Below, in pieces: positions 53,560 through 62,081 of a DNA stretch of 64,000 bases. Each line of letters begins with the position of its first letter. Within the stretch, counting starts at the first letter, position 1. The notes under the pieces are model-generated. The model had not been told where the DNA came from. It saw only the letters and a list, made by a program, of their open reading frames with translations, and searched no databases. The position numbers were made by a program, and so were the translations under genes. This DNA is from Acidobacteriota bacterium. Lineage in GTDB: Bacteria; Bacillota; Syntrophomonadia; Syntrophomonadales; DTU052. The stretch covers positions 11,315-75,314 of the forward strand of contig JBLNAX010000037.1 of assembly GCA_050259595.1 (NCBI GenBank). Reading direction: 5' to 3'.

Positions 53560-54651
53560 CTATTTTACTGCAGAGACTCCGCGATTGATCTCTTGAGCGA
53601 CTGCCGGTGAAGGAATTCCACTCCATAGAGTGGTCATAAACGAACGCATCTCCTGCTTGGCAGCCGCTGAACCACGACCGGAGTAGTTGTAGTTGGTGTA
53701 CAATGCGTGCCCCAGCTTGGTCACCGATCCCCTATAGCGGGCTTCAGCTTGGGCTAGAGCACTCGGATTCATAGAAGAGGCAATAAAATTGGCTTGAGCA
53801 TTGGAGACCTCGAGCTTCATGAAACCGATTTGTTGTACAGTGGCCACTGAGCCGGCTTGTTTAACCTTGGATGTTTTACTGGTATTGGCTTTGGACGGAG
53901 GTGTGCTCTGAGCATTTGGCTGAACTGGAGGCGTAATGATGCCTACTGGTGTTACCGCCGGAACTGCAGGTTTTATTGCGGTAGGGGACGGGGGCTTCTT
54001 TACAGTAGCATTGCTTGTAGTAGGAGCATGTTCTGCCTGTAAAGCAGTACTGTTAGAAGCAGACTTCTTTACATCTAGCTTTGAAGCAACATCGTCACCT
54101 AGGTGCCTAGCCCAGTTTAGGGTAACAAACAATGAGCCCAGAAAGACCAGGCCGCCTATTACACAAGCAGCCATTATCTTAAGTGTTTTGCTACTATCTG
54201 AGGAACTCTTCGCTTCAACCATTACTGGGGGTACCGGTTGACTGCTGCGAATGGAGTCTATAGCCTCATCAACTGAGATTTCCCCAACAATATCCGAGGC
54301 TAAAGGAGCGGTACTAGCAGGTGCCGACGCTGGTGCAGTTGAAGGGGCTGGTTTGGCTTCTGCGGTTGAGGTCACTGTGGACTGTTTTAAATTTAATACT
54401 ATGGTCACGTCGTTGTTAGCAACGCCGTCGTCTATTTGCTCCAGTCGGTCCCCGCATTCAGTGCAGTATGAGCTATCTGTGATCGAAACCTGTTTGCAGT
54501 TGGGGCAGCGTTTGGTTTTGGCGCCAGTATCGGCCACACTGTTCGTAGATGGCACAATGATTTCAGCGCCGCAGTTCCCACAGAATTTATCGCCATATTC
54601 TAGTGCATAGCCACAAGCAGAACAATTTGTTGTGAATAAATCGTTACCCAA
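53560..54651 (-). CDS. Zinc-ribbon (x2) / single-TM / Pro-Thr-Ala-rich protein with conserved-looking C-terminal domain
   Basis: CSACGY...CGNCG and CPNCK...CTECG ribbons, TM MAACVIGGLVFLGSLFV and a PT-rich spacer. The in-frame TTG at 54651 follows GGAGGG. The track start is 54687. Confidence 0.65.
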   Translation of the reverse strand: MGNDLFTTNCSACGYALEYGDKFCGNCGAEIIVPSTNSVADTGAKTKRCPNCKQVSITDSSYCTECGDRLEQIDDGVANNDVTIVLNLKQSTVTSTAEAKPAPSTAPASAPASTAPLASDIVGEISVDEAIDSIRSSQPVPPVMVEAKSSSDSSKTLKIMAACVIGGLVFLGSLFVTLNWARHLGDDVASKLDVKKSASNSTALQAEHAPTTSNATVKKPPSPTAIKPAVPAVTPVGIITPPVQPNAQSTPPSKANTSKTSKVKQAGSVATVQQIGFMKLEVSNAQANFIASSMNPSALAQAEARYRGSVTKLGHALYTNYNYSGRGSAAAKQEMRSFMTTLWSGIPSPAVAQEINRGVSAVK

Positions 54652-54812
54652 AGTTTTCCCTCCATTTTTAACAGCATAGTTTAGCAAAGGCCTAGGGGAA
54701 TTTATCCCTTGATGCCAGTTTATCAGAAGTAGTCATGGAAATTTGTCGAGATTGGTTGAAGGAACAGCGAATGAGCAGGAAGTGCATCTTGGACTTAAAA
54801 ATTATGGCTGTT

Positions 54813-56171
54813 TTAGCTGGCGTTAGGGCGGGCTATTTTACCTTCCTGGTATGCCTGAACAAAAGCTTCAACAATATGTGGATCAAATTGGGTACCGGAA
54901 TTTTTAATAAGTTCACCAATGGCGATCTCGTTGCTTAAAGCTTTTCTGTAGGCACGATCACTGGTCATGGCGTCATAGGAGTCGGCTACGGCAATAATGC
55001 GAGCAATAATATCGATTTCCTCCCCGCGGATCCGGTCAGGGTATCCCCGGCCATCAAAGCGTTCGTGATGCCATTTTACCCCGGGTATCACTTCGCGTAA
55101 GCGCCGAATATGCTTGATGATCTGCTCTCCGAAAACAGTATGCATTTTGATTATTTCATATTCTTCATCGGTCAGTTTGCCAGGCTTAAGCAATATTTCG
55201 TCACGGACACCGATTTTACCAATGTCGTGCAGCATAGCAGCTAGTTCCAAACGATTTATCTCGTTTTCATCAAATCCCATAACACTACCTAAGGCGATAC
55301 TGTATGTCATTACCCGCTTGGTATGACCTCCCGTATATGGGTCTCGTTTTTCAATAGTCTCGGCTAGGGTGTAAACAGTTGTGAGAAAGGTTTCCCGTAG
55401 GTCGTCGTACAAACGTGCCGTTTCTATGGCTGATGCTGCATGCAAAGCGATGGAGGAAAGGATTTTCAAGTCCTCTGCCGAGTAAACTTCGGGCTCTTTG
55501 CTGCTAACATTTATTACCCCAATAACACGATCGCGAATCTTTAAAGGAGCGCTCATTAACGCTCGAACGTGATGGACCCCTGGAACGAAGCGCGAATCTT
55601 CATTGACATCGTTGATAAGCTCTGGTTTTCCTGTTTCCATGACTAAGCCTGCAATGCCCTGGCCGGGCAATAAGACGATTTTGGGATTAGAGTCTCTACC
55701 CATCCCAGCTACTACCTGCAGGGTACCAGACTGCTCATCGCGTAGAATGACAGACATGCTGTCGGACTTGATAAATCTCTTGGCTTCACTGAAAACAAGA
55801 CTGGTTACTTCTTTGGGGTCGAGATTTTCGGCTAGCATCTCTGATATATTGTGTAGAAGGGAAATTTCTTTATACTTATCCAGCGCCTCAGCCGCCAAGG
55901 ATTTTCGTTCTGCTTCCCGGCTGGCCAGGAGGGACAAAGTCTTAGCAATCGCCTTGATACTTTCGTTTCCACCCACATAACCAATCACAGTACCCTGTAT
56001 TTCTACCGGGAACCGGAGGATGTCGCTGCTGTCCTTGCCTTTGCTACTTTCTAAAACACCGCCATTGGCATCATAAAATACCAGCTGAGTCTGAAGAGAT
56101 TCAGCTAGCTCTTCAATGGTATTGCTAATATCCTTTTTTGCCAGCAGGCGTTTCAAAGTTAAGTCATTCAA
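54813..56171 (-). CDS. GAF + HD-GYP domain protein (putative c-di-GMP phosphodiesterase/sensor)
   Basis: HDIGK ... HHERFDGRGYP motifs, with a GAF-like region upstream. Confidence 0.85.
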   Translation of the reverse strand: MNDLTLKRLLAKKDISNTIEELAESLQTQLVFYDANGGVLESSKGKDSSDILRFPVEIQGTVIGYVGGNESIKAIAKTLSLLASREAERKSLAAEALDKYKEISLLHNISEMLAENLDPKEVTSLVFSEAKRFIKSDSMSVILRDEQSGTLQVVAGMGRDSNPKIVLLPGQGIAGLVMETGKPELINDVNEDSRFVPGVHHVRALMSAPLKIRDRVIGVINVSSKEPEVYSAEDLKILSSIALHAASAIETARLYDDLRETFLTTVYTLAETIEKRDPYTGGHTKRVMTYSIALGSVMGFDENEINRLELAAMLHDIGKIGVRDEILLKPGKLTDEEYEIIKMHTVFGEQIIKHIRRLREVIPGVKWHHERFDGRGYPDRIRGEEIDIIARIIAVADSYDAMTSDRAYRKALSNEIAIGELIKNSGTQFDPHIVEAFVQAYQEGKIARPNAS

Positions 56172-56353
56172 TGCTGATCACACCTCTCGGGTGGGTATCA
56201 GGGGCTGGTCTGTTAGATTGTACCTGCAGATTTGTATCTTGATGTTCTGCTGTAAATCTATCCAGAAGCAAAAGCTGCATATCATAATTCTACATCTAAA
56301 CAAGAAATAACACTATACTTGTCGAAATATTATAGATTAAATCAGATTAAAAT

Positions 56354-56381
56354 AAAAAGGAAGAGGATACTCTTCCTTTTT
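56354..56381. terminator. Bidirectional hairpin terminator downstream of the FN3 gene
   Basis: AAAAAGGAAGAG-GATA-CTCTTCCTTTTT. Confidence 0.8.
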
Positions 56382-56399
56382 ATGGATTATTGTTCGTGC

Positions 56400-59300
56400 T
56401 TAATTCTTAAATTCGATCACGGCACTTTTAGTTTTTGCGTCCCATGTTACCTTACATCCTAAGTTAGCCGCTACAAATCTTAAAGGAACCAATACCCTGC
56501 CTGGAGGGACCAACTGTGGTGCAACCTTCTTGTTGGACGTATCGATATAAACTAGTTTGCCGTTGACCCGGGCCTTGTTCTGGCCTACCCAGAGCTGTAC
56601 TGTGCTGCCTTTAAGGGTTATCGTCACTTTTTTCTGCTTGGTATCCCAGGTTATCTTGGCGCCCAATGGTTCCATGGCATATTTTATCGGCAGCATTACT
56701 CGACCGGAAGGGGCGATTGGGATAGTATCCATATATTTGGCCTGGTTGTTGACATAGTATTTACTGCTGCCTATGTACAGCCGGACCGTTTTGGTTCCTG
56801 GATTAATGGCCGGCAGGCTGGCATTGGGTTCGACCGGGACATATATCGGGTTCAATTGGGCAGTCGTGGTAATGTAGGCTTCGTTTGAATAACCTGAATT
56901 GCCCGCTGAATTATACGCATAGATCCTGTACCAATAGGTCGTAGCTGGCTGTAAGCCACTGTCTACGTAACTTGTAGCGTTGTTGACAGTGGTTACGTAG
57001 GTATAAGTATTGCGGGCTGTTCGGCGTTCTATTTTGACACCTGTAGTATTGGCATCCTGGCTCCAGCTGAAAGTAGTGGAACTGCTGGATAACGCGGAAC
57101 CGCGTAAATTGTAAGGGGCAGATGGCTTGACACTAATGGCAACAATGGCTTCTGGTGAATAAGATGAACTGCCATAGCTGTTGGTAGCTTTGATTCTATA
57201 ATAATATGTGCCGCTGGTGAGAGAACTGTCAGTGTATGAAGTATAGCCGCCCGAAAGGTACTTGACGTCTGTATAACTCCCGCTATCCAAACGTCTTTCC
57301 AGAGTAAATCCGGTTTCGTTGGAGGAGTTGTCTCTCCAGGTCAGATTTACTGAACTTCCGGAAACGCTGGCTGTAAGACTTGATGGCGGACTGATCGGAC
57401 TTACACTGGTTTCAGCCGAATAGTATGATTCTGAAGTGTTATTAATAGCCTTGATGCGGTAGTAGCAGTTAATGCCGTAATCGTAAGAATCCAGAGTATC
57501 GGTGCATGAAGTTGAATAATTTATGGTTTTAAGATATCTGTAATTGTCCCCGCCTTCTCTTCGCTCTAAGACAAACCCGGTTTCATTTGAAGAATTGTCG
57601 GTCCAGCTTAGATTTACAGTTAGTCCGGTTACCGTTGCCTGGAAGCTCGATGGTGCAGGTATAGAGGAAGAGCTATTGTAAGTGATGTAGATCTCATTGG
57701 AGTAATCTGAGAAATGAGTGCTGTCATAATATGCACGAACCCGGTAGTAATAAGTGTAACTGCTCGGGAAAACGTTTGAGTTAGTATATGTTCTTGAATT
57801 ATATCCAACAGAGCCTATCTGTGACCAACTTCCAGAAGAATCCCGCCGCTCAATATAGAATCCGGATTCACCGCTCGAGTTATCTGTCCAGTTCAATACA
57901 GCATCGTTGCCGGATCTGCTCACAGTGAGGTAGGAAGGTGAGGATAAAGAAGACCTAATGAGAATGTATGCTTCACCGGAGTATATCGAGCTGGCACTGC
58001 TGTTTACGGCCTTTAGCCGGTAATAATAAGTGCCGCCAGCAGTCAGAGTGCTGTTATCGGTATAGGTCGTGACCCCTGCAGCAGCACTGGTCAACTGTGA
58101 ATATGTCCCGTTTGATTGCCGTCTTTCAATTACAAAGGATGTTTCGTTAGGGGAATTATCGATCCACGACAGTTTTACCGTTCCGCCGACCTGTACAGCC
58201 GATAGAGACGATGGAGCTATAGGAGTGGACATATTAATTGATACTTCATTTGAGTAATCAGAATATACACTGTCTTTTACAGCTCTAATTTTGTAATAGT
58301 ATGTATTGTTGGCTGTTACCAAACTGTCAACATACGGGGAACTTGACAAAGTGCCTCCGATATTTGTGTAAGCATTGCCTGATAATTTTCTTTCAAGGAC
58401 AAATCCGACTCCGCTGGTGGCGCAAGTCCAGCTTACGGTAGCTGAGCCATTCGTATCAGAGGCACTGAGGACAGGAGCTGAGGGTTTTGGAGCAGTGGGA
58501 GTTGTGACAGACAGTTCGCCGCTGTATGGCGAGCTGCCTGTATTGTTGACGGCTTTAACTCGATAAATATATGTTGAACTCGAAGAGACCGTTGAATCTA
58601 TGAACGTATTGATATTTGCGCCTGTGTTGCCGATTGAAGCGTACTCACTGCCTTGACCTTTCCTTTCAATAATGAAGCCGTTTTCGTTATTAGAACTGTC
58701 AGTCCAGGTCAGTTGCACACTGGCAAACGTTACGTTGCCTTTTTGTAGATCAGTCGGTGCGGTCGGTGCTGCCTGGGGAATGGCACTTTTAACATCTGAA
58801 AACAGTGAATAAGCTGAACTACCATAATATGATCTTACCTGGTAAAAGTATTCAGTTCCTGCTGTAAGTCCAGTATCAGCAAAGCTGGTAATGTTTACAA
58901 GGACGGTGCCTAGTGGTGAAAAATTACCCTGGTTGCCAATGCTGCGATATATTTCAAAGCCTTGTGCACCGATTGAGGTATTGTTCCAACTCAAACTGAT
59001 GGAATTCTCGGTTGTGGCAGAAATGGATAAAATGGGTGCCCGCAAGTCCGGCGAGGTAGTACATGATACTTCTGCAGGCGCCGAACTGCCGTTCTGACTA
59101 ACGGCTGTTACCCTATATCCATAGGCCGTAGCCGGCTGCAGAACGCTGTCGACATAAGAGGTTGCATTGTAAACAGTACCGGCGATATCTTCCCAGGGCC
59201 CCGAGTTTACTGAACGCTGCAAATGGAATTCATTGGCGACTACCAGATCATAACTCCAATTAACTGTCACGCTGGTTTGGGTTGCGGTTGCCGTTAAGCC

Positions 59301-59414
59301 AGTGGGCGTCGGTGGCGGTGCAGCCATGTCAGCAAGTGCCGCCAACGGGCTAACCAGCACACTTGTGACAAATAGAACAATGAGTAGCAAACAACTGGTC
59401 GTTCTCTTGCTCAA
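56400..59414 (-). CDS. Secreted 9 x fibronectin-type-III repeat protein with C-terminal copper-amine-oxidase-N-terminal-like ('stalk') domain
   Basis: Signal peptide (LLLIVLFVTSVLVSPLAALA), then nine roughly 90-aa units with W.D.S.NE.GF..ER ... Y.Y.V.A.N. The last 128 aa match the Cu_amine_oxidN1 pattern (two G....PLR/PIK...LG..V.WD halves). TTG start. Confidence 0.85.
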   Translation of the reverse strand: MSKRTTSCLLLIVLFVTSVLVSPLAALADMAAPPPTPTGLTATATQTSVTVNWSYDLVVANEFHLQRSVNSGPWEDIAGTVYNATSYVDSVLQPATAYGYRVTAVSQNGSSAPAEVSCTTSPDLRAPILSISATTENSISLSWNNTSIGAQGFEIYRSIGNQGNFSPLGTVLVNITSFADTGLTAGTEYFYQVRSYYGSSAYSLFSDVKSAIPQAAPTAPTDLQKGNVTFASVQLTWTDSSNNENGFIIERKGQGSEYASIGNTGANINTFIDSTVSSSSTYIYRVKAVNNTGSSPYSGELSVTTPTAPKPSAPVLSASDTNGSATVSWTCATSGVGFVLERKLSGNAYTNIGGTLSSSPYVDSLVTANNTYYYKIRAVKDSVYSDYSNEVSINMSTPIAPSSLSAVQVGGTVKLSWIDNSPNETSFVIERRQSNGTYSQLTSAAAGVTTYTDNSTLTAGGTYYYRLKAVNSSASSIYSGEAYILIRSSLSSPSYLTVSRSGNDAVLNWTDNSSGESGFYIERRDSSGSWSQIGSVGYNSRTYTNSNVFPSSYTYYYRVRAYYDSTHFSDYSNEIYITYNSSSSIPAPSSFQATVTGLTVNLSWTDNSSNETGFVLERREGGDNYRYLKTINYSTSCTDTLDSYDYGINCYYRIKAINNTSESYYSAETSVSPISPPSSLTASVSGSSVNLTWRDNSSNETGFTLERRLDSGSYTDVKYLSGGYTSYTDSSLTSGTYYYRIKATNSYGSSSYSPEAIVAISVKPSAPYNLRGSALSSSSTTFSWSQDANTTGVKIERRTARNTYTYVTTVNNATSYVDSGLQPATTYWYRIYAYNSAGNSGYSNEAYITTTAQLNPIYVPVEPNASLPAINPGTKTVRLYIGSSKYYVNNQAKYMDTIPIAPSGRVMLPIKYAMEPLGAKITWDTKQKKVTITLKGSTVQLWVGQNKARVNGKLVYIDTSNKKVAPQLVPPGRVLVPLRFVAANLGCKVTWDAKTKSAVIEFKN
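56880..59320 (-). repeat. Tandem diverged ~270-bp coding repeats (FN3 modules)
   Basis: A repeated nucleotide and protein pattern is visible across the ORF. It is a coding-domain repeat, not CRISPR. Confidence 0.8.
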
Positions 59415-60264
59415 TATTGGACATCTCCTCTCCGATACTTCATATTATCTTTCTAGTACGCAATTCTCAGCTTGCTTATTTCAGCAACATTGGAATTCTA
59501 AGGGAATGCGTTGGTAAAATTATACTACCTTTCTCACTGCCTACCAAGATGTGGCATAAATAATTCAAAGACGACATATAGCCCAAATGGCCTAGTGTTA
59601 TCTGGGTTCTTCACTGTAAACTAAATTATATTTTAGAAATGTTACAAGATTATTAACGGCTTGAATTTAGCTGTTTTTGCTAATTATCGATCACTTAGAC
59701 GAAATATTGAGAATTAACTGACTGGTCCAACCATTGAACCAGTCGCGCCATTGATATATCTTTATATAAGGAAGAGCGTTCGTAAAGATATAGGTTTGGG
59801 GGGTGAAAACCGCCGGTAATGTTAGAATCAAGTGGGCAGGACATTTCTTACTGTTCAAAGATCTAGTCGATCAAATTTGTACAGGCTGCGATATTATGTA
59901 CTAGTCATTTTGAAACAAGCAGTGTCCAATTTGGAGTGGTCCGAACACCCAACCTAGAACCGCTATTTTTCTTGCTCTTTACGCAAAATTAGGTAGGTCT
60001 TAGGTGATTTGGCGTGTTTTTTCCTCAATGTTTAGTGTATACATTTCAATTTTGGCAAAAAAACATCATATTTAACACACTTTTAACATTACCGCTATTA
60101 TCATATGGTTTATAATAGTCCAAAGCGCAATGAGAAAGTTCACCTTATTCATGTCTGATGTTGTGATTTTCTCGGCATTTCTTAACATATTATCCTGATC
60201 TAAAATCGATTATATCAGGAAACCCTTGACCTTGACCGGTTCCAATACGAAAGGGGAGGAGTAA

Positions 60265-60828
60265 ATGGGTAAAGTTGTCTTGTCCGCTAACCGCGAATCC
60301 CGCGAATTTATCAAGGCTGTTGAAGTGGCTAGTGGGACCAGGACCAGCCTGTGCTACCAGTGTGGAAAATGTTCGGCTGGCTGTCCAGTGGCTTTTGCCA
60401 TGGATTATACGCCACGCCAGATCATTCGATTGCTTCAGTTAGGATTGGTAGATGAAGCCGTAAACGCTGACAGCATATGGATCTGTGCCACCTGTGAAAC
60501 CTGCAGTTCCCGTTGTCCTAGAGGTGTAGAGATTGCCTCTCTGATGGATACCTTGCGCCGGGAGGCCCTGCACCGCGGAATTATCACAGACCATGAGGTC
60601 AATGACTTTAACAAAAGCTTCCTTAATTCAGTCGAACGCTTTGGCAGACTGCATGAAGCAAGTATGGTTATCGAGTATAACCTGCGTATCGTGAAACCTT
60701 TGAAAGATGCCGAATTGAGCCCGCAAATGCTTAAACGCGGCAAGCTGAAAATATTGCCGGAAAAGATAAAAGGCCAGAAAGCGGTCAAGGCCATTTTCCA
60801 AAGAGTCAAAGATATGGGAGGTGAGTAG
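60265..60828 (+). CDS. hdrC: Heterodisulfide reductase subunit C-like (2 x [4Fe-4S])
   Basis: CYQCGKCSAGCP and CATCETCSSRCP motifs, with GGGGAGG upstream. Confidence 0.88.
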   Translation: MGKVVLSANRESREFIKAVEVASGTRTSLCYQCGKCSAGCPVAFAMDYTPRQIIRLLQLGLVDEAVNADSIWICATCETCSSRCPRGVEIASLMDTLRREALHRGIITDHEVNDFNKSFLNSVERFGRLHEASMVIEYNLRIVKPLKDAELSPQMLKRGKLKILPEKIKGQKAVKAIFQRVKDMGGE

Positions 60829-60830
60829 GT

Positions 60831-62081
60831 TTGAAGATTGCTTACTATCCCGGATGCTCGTTAGACGCAACTGCTGTTGAATACGGTATGTCTACGGAAA
60901 GGACTACTGAACTGCTGGGTATTGACCTGTGGGAAATCCCGGACTGGAGCTGCTGCGGCGCTAGCTCAGCTCACCAAACCAGCCACCTGCTGGCCTTGGC
61001 TCTGCCTGCGCGCAACCTTGCTATCGCCGAAAAAGCGGGCTTAGATGTACTTGCACCTTGTGCTGCCTGCTACAATCGCATGCGCCAGGTGGAACATGAA
61101 GTACGTGACAGTGACGAAATTAGAGGCAAAGTCGAAAAGGCGATAGACATGCCATACAAAGCCTCGCAGAGTACGGTTTCGATTCTAGAGCTGTTCACTC
61201 AAAGGTATGGGTTAAACAATGTGAGCGCAAAGGTCAAGAATCCTCTCAAAGGAATGAAACCGGCCTGCTATTACGGATGTTTGTTGGTAAGACCGGTAGC
61301 GATCACTGGCTTTGATGACCCCGAGAACCCGCAGAGTATGGACGATATCATGAAGGCGGTGGGGGCCAGTCCTGTTGATTGGGCATTTAAAACCGAGTGC
61401 TGTGGAGCCGGTTTATCTGTGACTAAGCCGAATGTTGGACTTAATATGATCTATCGAGTACTGAAAAACGCAGTGGAGAACGGAGCCGACAGCATTGTTA
61501 CCGCCTGCCCGATCTGTATGCTAAACCTTGATATGCGGCAGAAGGCCATTGAAAAGAAATTCAAAGTAAATTTCAATATACCTATCTACTATGTCACCGA
61601 ACTGATGGCGGTAGCACTGGGTGATAAACCGGAGAAAGCCGGAATCAACAAACATTTTGTGGAAGCGGTATCGATTTTCTCCAAGCTGCCCGAAAAAGCC
61701 AAGGCGATGGAAGCGGAGGCGGCGGCCAAGGGGGGCAAAGCACCCAAGGCTAAGGATGATGAAGACAGCGATGAAGGAGCTAAGCCGGCCAAGAAGGCAC
61801 CGGTGGAGAAGAAAGTCGATGCTGCTCCGGCTAAGGAAGATCTACCTGGACAGAGCGGCTGTTATGGCAAGGACAATGTGCAGCTGATGTTTGCACTTAA
61901 AATTTATGAAGACGAAGATAAAGCTATGAAACTGGCTGATATCTTGATCCTGGATGAAGCACGTATGACCAAGCTCAACGAAATCTTGGAGCAGGATAAA
62001 GCCAAAGCCGTTAAAGTAGCTGATGCGCTGCTGGCTAAGGCGGCCAAGAATTCTGGAGGAGAGGAGGGTGATAAAGCATGA
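60831..62081 (+). CDS. hdrB: Heterodisulfide reductase subunit B-like with ~130-aa charged C-terminal extension
   Basis: Two CCG domains (DWSCCGAS, TECCGAG with CP.C). The canonical part ends near aa 285, and the remainder is Lys/Ala/Glu/Asp/Pro-rich plus a helical segment. Confidence 0.88.
   Translation: MKIAYYPGCSLDATAVEYGMSTERTTELLGIDLWEIPDWSCCGASSAHQTSHLLALALPARNLAIAEKAGLDVLAPCAACYNRMRQVEHEVRDSDEIRGKVEKAIDMPYKASQSTVSILELFTQRYGLNNVSAKVKNPLKGMKPACYYGCLLVRPVAITGFDDPENPQSMDDIMKAVGASPVDWAFKTECCGAGLSVTKPNVGLNMIYRVLKNAVENGADSIVTACPICMLNLDMRQKAIEKKFKVNFNIPIYYVTELMAVALGDKPEKAGINKHFVEAVSIFSKLPEKAKAMEAEAAAKGGKAPKAKDDEDSDEGAKPAKKAPVEKKVDAAPAKEDLPGQSGCYGKDNVQLMFALKIYEDEDKAMKLADILILDEARMTKLNEILEQDKAKAVKVADALLAKAAKNSGGEEGDKA

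Noticed and set aside
53857-54610. Three + strand ORFs (61, 101 and 119 aa) opposite the zinc-ribbon/PT-rich gene
   Set aside because: They are antisense to a low-complexity Pro/Thr/Ala-coding region, which naturally leaves open frames. The minus-strand gene has the RBS, zinc-ribbon motifs and TM helix.
56880-59320. Regular ~270-bp periodic repeats that could be mistaken for a repeat array or CRISPR
   Set aside because: The repeats are in frame within one long ORF and encode FN3 modules. There are no short identical direct repeats with unique spacers.
59925-59975. tRNA-like fragment (TGGAGTGGTCCGAACACCCAACC, reminiscent of a reversed T-arm/acceptor end)
   Set aside because: It cannot be folded into a T-arm plus acceptor stem, and no D or anticodon arms are adjacent. 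It is most likely chance similarity.
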